From NCBI GenBank assembly GCA_963920595.1, contig OY986950.1, positions 1,240,001-1,304,000 of the forward strand: a stretch of DNA of 64,000 nucleotides, written 5' to 3'. A program made the position numbers and the translations under genes. Below the pieces are notes generated by a model. That model searched no databases. It was not told where the DNA came from and saw only the letters and a list, made by a program, of their open reading frames with translations. Shown here one piece after another: positions 56,161 to 64,000 of this stretch. This stretch comes from Eimeria praecox. Lineage: Eukaryota. How positions within the stretch are numbered: position 1 is the first letter of the stretch; every line of letters starts with the position of its first letter.

Positions 56161-56280
56161 TGCTGCTCCTGCTGCTTCTGTTGATGTCGTTCCCTCTGGA
56201 AGCTGATTCTCCGCTGAGCTCAAGCACTGCTGCTGCTGTTGAGGCTCCGACTGCTGCAACTCATCCTCGAGAGATGATGC

Positions 56281-56317
<37 letters not shown>

Positions 56318-57733
56318 TGCTGCGTGCGGTCTGCTTCTGCTGCAGCAGCAACATCCAGCAGCAGCTTGAGGTGGACTTGAAGGCCCATGAGAGTCTCAAG
56401 TGTTAATCCCTTTGTGACGGCGTATAGCAACAGGCGTTGCAGCTCCTCAGTCATCAGCGGCAGCACCAACAACACGCATTTGAGGATAAAGGAGGGCCCG
56501 AAGGGGGGATGCTTCTGTTGCAGCGCCGCTTCGCGCTCAGCGAGCCATTCCTTTCTAGCCTTAGCAGCAGCTGCTGCTGCTGCCTGCTGCTCCTTTCCAA
56601 TCGCAGCAGCAGCTTCTTCACTAGCTGCTGCCATCGCGGGCTCTGTACGGTCGGTCTGCATCGCTGGGTCTGAGCATGGTGTTGGTGGCTCGGTGTTGGT
56701 TAGGGTGTCTGGTGGCTGCACCGGCTGCTGCATGCGTTGCTGTTCTACTTGTTGCTCTTCTTTCTCCTCCTCATCACCGCATGCAGCCCCAAAAACTGCG
56801 CGTTTGTCACAGAAGCAACATCCAGCCTGCGCAGCCAAGACGTCCTCTTGGGGTGGACGTTGCATAAGACGGAGCTCGTCTAATAGCGGCTGTTGCGCCT
56901 CTCTCACTACTGGCAGCCTCATGTATCTGTATTGCTGGAGCCAATCTTGAGTGTCTCTAACTAACGCCCTCAGTCTCATGTATGAGGGGCCATCTACTAA
57001 CTCAACAGGCAAGGATACAATCGGTGATGCAGCGCTGCAGCCCTCACATCGCTGCAGCTCCTGCAGCAACGCCAATACTCGAACGCTCTCAGATGAAGGA
57101 GGCTTCTCCTCACCACCCTCAACTTCTTGCTTTGGCAGCAGCAGCTGCTGCTGCTGCTGCAGCAGAAATGATGCCCCCGCTGAACCATCTAAAGGATGCA
57201 GCTCCTGTAACATGAGCGTTTCCTCTTCATCCTCACTAAGCTCCTCAGCTCCCCCGGCTCCTGCAAATGGGTCCCCTACAGCCTCTCCTGTTGCTGTTGA
57301 TCCAGCTGCTGTTGCTTCTGTTGCTGTTGCTGTTGTTGTTGTTGTTGCTGCTGCTGCTGCTGCGTCGGCAACCGCTGCTGCTGGGGTCGCTGCAACCACT
57401 GCCTCTGTAGAAGCACCCGCATTCTCAGCATCGACAGCATGCTGCTGCTCCTGCAGCTGCGCGAACTGTTGCTGTTCCTGCTGCGCATACTCGTGCTGCT
57501 GCTCAACAGAAGGCGACACAGCAGCAGCAGCTACACCTGCTGCTGCTGCTTCTGCTGTTTCCTCAGCCTTCGCTGACCTACGAGTAGTGAGTGGAATCAA
57601 CACATCGCCATGCATCCTTGGGCGGCGCGGTGCACGAGCGCTGCGGCGTGTGGGGACTAGCGGCTTCTGTTGTTGTTGCTGCTGCTGTTGTTGCTGCTGT
57701 TGTTGTTGTTGTTGTTGCTGTTGTTGTTGCTGC

Positions 57734-57768
<35 letters not shown>

Positions 57769-57952
57769 CTCCTCATCCTCGAGGCCTAGCTGCTGTCTTC
57801 TCCGTGTCCTCACAGGAGATATTCGCATTGGCGGGGGCTCTTCCTGGGGCTGTGGCTGGGGTGGCAGCAACTGTTGCTGCAGCTGCAGCTGCAGTTCGAA
57901 CAGCTGTTGCTGCGCGACAGCAGCTGCGGAGGTTGCCTGCTGCTGTTGCTGC

Positions 57953-57984
<32 letters not shown>

Positions 57985-58411
57985 CTGCTGCTGCTGTGGC
58001 TCAGCAGTCTCCTCTTCCTCCTCGCCTTCTGCTGCTGCAGCTTCAACAGGAGCGGGCCCCTCAGCTGAAGGGACAGGGCCCTTCAGGCCTCCTCCAGATT
58101 CCCGCACCTGTAGTCTTCGCGTCTCAATCTGCATGCACAACAAGACCCCCAGCAACACGAACGATGAGCGTATCAGCAACTACCTCAGCCATCCTAAGCA
58201 GCAGCACCAACAGCAAACATGTGGCTGTTTGCATGCATGCAATGAAAGCAGCAGAGAAGGGAGTGATTTAACTGCACGTGTATATGCAGTCCAGGCAGTT
58301 GCTGTTGCAGGCAACGGACTTGCTGCAGCAGCTGCTCCGCTTCAGCCAGGGTGTGGCGTGGGCATCGGAGGAGAGAGAGCATGCGGTGGTTGTACAGACG
58401 AAGCAGAACCT

Positions 58412-58451
<40 letters not shown>

Positions 58452-59985
58452 CAGCCCCTCATACAATCACGCTAAAGGAGCGCGAACAGAAAGATCTTGA
58501 GAATGTGGGTCTCGTGTGCATGCAGCACGCGGTGTCTGCGCACCTCTACTTTCAGCAGCCGCCTCTCTTTAATATGAATTCGGCTGGCAGCGCATGCAGC
58601 AGCAAGCCGTCTCAGTCTCCTAGTAGTTCTCCATAGTAATGTATTTGCTTCATCAGGCGACAGCAGCTGCAGCGCGAGTATCTGCTGCTCCTGTTCCCTT
58701 TGCACCTCTCGCAGCCGCTGCTGCTGCTCCCCTTCACGTTGCTGCTGCTCCGCTACTCCCTCAGCAGCAGCAGCTGCTGCTCCTGCTGCTGCGGCTAGAT
58801 CTCCTGCTGCTTCTGCTGCAACCTTCTGTTGCTGACGATACAGGAACAACACCTGAGACTCCGATATTGGTGAAGCAAAGTCTGGCTGGGGATCGACTCC
58901 AGCGGCGATCCCAAACAGACATGCTGCTCGCTCTCTGTAAGACTGCTGCAGTGCAGCAGCACAACGTGCCCTTAGCCGCTGCGCCGCCTCAACATGCTGC
59001 AGCAGCTCAGCAAATGGCAGCAGCGACTTGCCCAAGCCAAAGGGCTTTCGAGTCAGCCGCTCTGCATCTAGCAGAGACACATAGCCCCTCACACGCGCCC
59101 CTTGCTGCTCTTGCTGCAGACCTGGTGTGGCTGCAGCCGCTGCAGCAGCAGCAGCTGCGGCTGCTGCTGCTCCAGGTGGCAGGATCGTTAGGGGACCCGA
59201 ACTGTCTTGTAGCATCTCTGCAATAACACCCGCAGCTGCACTCGCGCTGTGGCACCGCACCGCCGCACGAAGCTCCAGCAGGTGTTGATACACCACACAC
59301 CAGTCTGCACTTTGCTGCAGCTGCTGCTGCAGCATCTGCAGTCCCTCTGGCTTGATCATGAGGCCCTGCCCCCGCTCTACGTGCTGCTGCCATTGACGCA
59401 AGGAGACCCCGCGCGCATGCAGCTGAGCTGTCTCGTCTATCCAGAGAGAGACAGCTTTGCATGCATCCTTGAGGCGTGTGAACCAAGGCAGATCGGGTGT
59501 CTCCGCAGGTAGCTGCAGCAGCTGCTCCTGCTGCTCTACAAACTGTTGTAGCTCCAATCGTGGCTTGTCCTCAGCTTGTAGATGAAGGGCTGCTGCTGCT
59601 TCAACCTGCTGCAGCTGCAGCAGTCGCCTCTCCGTATCCCCTAAGCAGCTAATGTACACGCTGCAGCTGCTTGCACGGGTCTGCAGCTGACGCAGCTGCG
59701 TCAACGATGCAGCTGTCTCTGGAGACGCTAGAGCAGCAGCAAGCTCGCCCTCCACTTCCTGCTGTTGCTGCAAGGCCTGCGCTATGTCTTGTCGAACCGA
59801 AGTCAGGTGTACAGGCAGGTCTTCCGCCTCGAGCAGCAGTTGCTGCCACTCTGAAGCATGCGGACGAGGGACTGCCTCGCGTAGCCTGCAGCACAAACAG
59901 CAGCAGCAGCAGCTCTATAGGGAAAGCAACGCAGCAGCAATTTACTCAGAGCTGTCTGTCAATGCACCCTCTACTGCAGCGGCAT

Positions 59986-60017
<32 letters not shown>

Positions 60018-60667
60018 AAACTACAGCAGCATCAACCTACTGCTGGGCCTTCTGCTGCCAGTCTGCTGCGATGCCGCTAAGCGCCTTTAAGAATTCTAGC
60101 TCGGGTAAAGCTGTTAGCTGCGCCCATTGCTGCTGCTGCTTGCTACCATCCACCGCCGGCTGCTGCTGTTGCTGTTGCTGCTGCTGCTGGGGTGGCTCTA
60201 GCTTCTCCCGCTGCTGCGGCACGTCTCCAGCTCGTGCTTCGTCTACCTCCATGGCTTTTGCTGTTTCTGTTGCTGCTGACCCGCCCTCAGCTAGAGCAGC
60301 CTGCTTCTCGTTGGCTGCAACAGCAGCAGCCTCCAGCTGCAGCGCCGCCTGAGCCCTCTGGTCTCGGGTTCTCGAACGTGGGGGTTTGCTGACAGCAGCA
60401 GCTTCGCGAGCCATCAACACGGAGACAGGTGTCTTCGTATCGATCCACTCGGAGACTGCAGCACACAGAGCAAGCAACGCCAAACGCATGCAGAAAGAGC
60501 AGCAGCAAGCGGGCTTCGCTGCTTGTCTAAGCTCTGTCTACCCGTAGAGACACCCTCCACCACTGCAGCGGCTGCTGCTGCTGCTTGAGCAGCAGCAGCA
60601 GCAGCAGCAACAGCAAGAACCAGAAACACATGTAGAAGCTATGAAGCGGAATCAGCACCGGCAGCAG

Positions 60668-60701
<34 letters not shown>

Positions 60702-61047
60702 TACTTTTCACGGCTTACAGTGCTGCAACTCCGGAGCAGCAAGCAGCTCCTCCACGACAGTGTCTTGTGCAGGAGGCCGTAGCCTGGCAACCCTCCCCCG
60801 CCAGAGAGCATACAGCAGCAACTGCTCTAGCCGTGTCTCCAGCTCAGAGCAGCAGCAGACAGAGTCGCTTTCCAGCAGCAGCAACGCAGCAAGACGCACA
60901 GTATTCGCGCTGCACGGCAGCAACGAGCGCAGCGCCTTCTGTAGAGGCTCCACTGTAGCTGCTGCTCCTGCTGCTGCTGCTGTACAAGTCGTACTGTCTG
61001 CTGTCTCTGTAGCTTCACCACGCACGCTTTCCTTCTCACTCACTTGC

Positions 61048-61083
<36 letters not shown>

Positions 61084-62038
61084 GAGGACGCCGGCTGCTG
61101 CGGGATGGCGAGAAGATCCTGGGCCCTCTTCAACCATCGCTGCGCCTTGTCTCTCAGGTCTACAAGGTCCCCGTGAAGACCCCAATTCTTTATAACTAGA
61201 CCCTCTGCAGCAGCAACACCAGCCACCAACACAAGACAGCCCCTCCCTCATCCTCCACAAACACACGAAAATAGCAACAGCAGCAACAACAACAGCAGCA
61301 GCAGCAGCAGTAGTAGCATGAGATGAGCTAGGGTCCTAAGCCGTCAACCCTCGCAGCAGCTGACCATGAATGGCTATGAGCTCGACAAGCTGCTCGTAGG
61401 GAGCCCTGCGTCGTTCTGGCGCAGCATCTCCACCGGAAGCAGCAGAGACAGTCCCCGTTGAAGGCTCCGCCTGTTTTCTATGTGTCTGCAGCTCAAGAAC
61501 ATGTGTTAGATCCTCTGGTAGCAGCGTGCCCTTGCGGCGGAAGCCATCTAAAGACCCCACAGCCCATCCTACCCGTACAGCAGCAGCAGCAACAGCAGCA
61601 GCTGCTGCTCGGTCTAACAGAGATCGAGCTCTATCCGTGAAAGCAGCACATTGCTCCACATACACTGACAGAGGACGCAGCCAAGCCCCAATCTCTAGCT
61701 GCTGCTGCAGCGCCTGCCCGTCTTGCAGCACTTGTCGAGCCTCAGCCAGAGACAAGCTGCCCCCCTCCGTCTTCACAAACCGTTTCTCCCACTTACGCCA
61801 CCGACCGTATACAACCTGCAGCAGCAGCAACAGCAGCAGCAGCAGCAGCAGCAAATCACGCACACTCCCTGCTGTCTGGCTATGCCCTGCCCTCTCAGCA
61901 GCTAGATAGACTAAGCCCCGTCAGTTAAGAGCATGCAGGGGCACAGCTAGTCAAGCAACTCGCGTTGAATACATCTGCTGCTGCGGATTGGGTGGCTAGC
62001 TGAGGTAGCTACGAAGTTAACATAGCCCCAAAAAATAA

Positions 62039-62081
<43 letters not shown>

Positions 62082-62539
62082 ATATAATAAATAATACACA
62101 GGGGAGCTAACCTCTAAGTATTTGATAGCAGGAACAATCAGCTTGAGGGCTGTGTGCTTTGCTATTAAGGCTTCTAGGTCCCCAGGTGTAGGAAACAGAG
62201 ACACGTGTTTATCTTGTGGCCCTTCGATCCCGTCCCCACTCTGTTCAGGACAACCCTCTGCCAAAGACTGCAGTTCCTTTATTGCTGCAGCATCTGCTCC
62301 TGCTGCTGCTAGCAGTTGTAAATATCGAGGCTGAAGACAGTTGCGCGCCCAATCCCTAGCAGCAGCAACACGACGCTGCAGCTCCCGTGCTGAGGGCCCT
62401 GCTGTCTCAGCTGACGGCTCCTGCAGCAGCGCCACCGCCAAACCTAGGCGAATCGGCCGCTGCAGCAAACGATCTACGCGCTCAGCCCACGCTGCAGCAG
62501 CAACGTGGCCTTTCCAGTCATTCCACCCTGCAACAGACG

Positions 62540-62571
<32 letters not shown>

Positions 62572-63811
62572 GCAGCAGCAGCAGAACGTGTGGCCTAAGG
62601 CACGCTGCCCCACACCGCGAGGCACCGGCACAACATATCCTGCATGTGGATGTTTCAAGCTCTACAACTGCAGCATCTGCAGCAGCAACTGCAGCAGCAA
62701 ATGCTGCAGATCTTGCCCCCCAACAGCAGCAGCAAGTGCCGTACATCAGCACCACTACTCGAGCAACCCCTAAACCCTAAACCCTAAACCCTAAACCCTC
62801 TGTCATACCTGGTATGTAGACGCATACGTCCTGGGCTTGAGCAAGTATTTGCTCGCACTGTTGTAGGTCGCCTGCTGCTGCTGCTGCCCGCAGCAGCTCC
62901 CTCCAAGTGACAACCTGCTGCAGCTGCTGCAGCAGGAAAATAAACTCAGGAACAATGAAAGGGATCTCATGAAAGCCCTCGACAAGCAACGAGCGAAGCA
63001 GCTGTATAGGGATACGTCCCTTGCTGCCGCCGTTGCTATTTGCTGCTGCACTTTCTGCTTTCTCACGACGGCTGCTGCTGCTGCTGCTGCTGGTATTGCT
63101 GCCATTCAAAGCAGCACAGATACGCTGAGCGAATTGTTTGCTCTGTCGAACACGCTGCTGCAGTTGCTGCAGCTCGTGTGACACCCCCACAATCTGCTGC
63201 AGCACCAACCCCTCCTGCAGCAGCTCTTCTGCCTCAGCCAGGTGTAGCCTATTCCCCATGGAGGCTGGCAAGATCGTCCCTCTAGCTGCTGCTACAGGGT
63301 CGGGGAGAGCAGGCAGCTCTACAGTTTGCTGCAGCAGCAAACTTACAGACTGCGTCTGTGGGGCTCCTGGCACCTCAACAGCAGGATTAAGAGGTGTTCT
63401 GCTGCAGCCGTCTGTCAGTGCAACAGACACACGAAGCAGCCACGACTCAACACGCTCCAGCTGTACAGACACGTTCTGCTGCAGCGTCCTTAGAGTATCT
63501 ACGTCCCGCAGCGGCGGGGGGAACGAGCTGCTGCTGCTGCTGCTGCTGGTGCTGCTGCTGTTGCTGCTGCTGCTCTCGCCTTCTGCCGGAGTGACAGTAC
63601 TGTCCGTCCCTGCTGCTGCAGCTTGGTGCTGCTGCTCCTGCTGCTGCAGGCCTGTCTTCGAACACAGCTGCGGCAGCAAGAGCAGGTTGCCTCCTGCTGC
63701 GGAAACAGAGCTGCCTGCTGACGCAGCAGCAGCACTAACAACTGCTGCGCTGCTGCTGCCAACAGCAGCAGCAGGGACTTGAGCAAAAAATACTGCAGCC
63801 TGACGCTGCAT
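47610..63811 (-). CDS. Giant PLU-1-like repeat / PHD-finger chromatin protein (KDM5/JARID1-like C-terminal region); 5' part lies beyond the right edge
   Basis: Manual GT-AG model, exons (minus): 63811-62809, 62527-62112, 61815-61365, 61204-60719, 60455-60041, 59885-58544, 58409-58320, 58128-56036, 55702-55594, 55310-52914, 52796-51876, 51725-49110, 48971-48681, 48539-47610; total 13560 nt with all phases matching (~4519 aa). Recurrent helical units (W..R....L.....L.EA..LL.....LP) resemble PLU-1 repeats; PHD finger CLLC...WISCSYCSRRFHLTC...WVCVGC. No JmjC domain is visible in the window. Confidence 0.72.
62765..62798 (+). repeat. Telomere-like (AAACCCT)n array just inside an intron of the PLU-1-like gene
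   Basis: About 4.5 units, 10 nt from the donor at 62808. Confidence 0.9.
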
Positions 63812-64000
63812 CTGCAGCAGCAGCAATATACAGCACACAACAACAAAGAAGGTGCAGCCGGAGGCGGTCCGGGCCCCGCTACTACTCAAACAGAACAGCA
63901 GCAACAGCAGCAGCAGCAACAGCAGCAGCAACAGCAGCAGCAACAGCAGCAGCAGCAGCAATTTCGTTAGCTTACAGTGGTAAGGGGCTCGTGTAGAACA

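Noticed and set aside
56951..58636. 561-aa plus-strand ORF and other antisense ORFs over the PLU-1-like gene
   Set aside because: Shadow frames of GC/CAG-rich minus-strand exons.

Overview
Eukaryotic, AT/CAG-microsatellite-rich DNA typical of the apicomplexan genus Eimeria (dense CAG/CTG tracts, interstitial AAACCCT telomere-like arrays, TGCATGCA, long (TA)n and (AGCT)n); the species cannot be determined from sequence alone. Most ORFs in the supplied track are repeat artefacts. By hand I reconstructed four conserved genes, all on the minus strand: the 5' exon of an MTR4/SKIV2L2 RNA helicase running off the left edge (1-1270, absent from the ORF track), a six-exon Rab1 GTPase (4200-9056), an RBBP6/Mpe1-type DWNN + zinc knuckle + RING gene (about 18018-21282) and 14 phase-consistent 3' exons of a giant PLU-1-like/PHD-finger chromatin protein (47610 to beyond the right edge). 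Between them, a repeat-poor island and its left edge (about 25.4-47.5 kb) carry four divergent, intronless paralogues of an unrecognised signal peptide + single-TM + helical-domain family. Main points of interest: that family and the repeat/AT invasion of the copy nearest the repeat-rich boundary; a 175-bp tandem triplication of the Rab1 exon 5 end with its splice donor; pervasive fold-back symmetry around self-complementary microsatellites; (CTG)n-CAG and GGGGTGTACAG splice acceptors; and a recurrent GGTGT-N4-ACACC palindrome.
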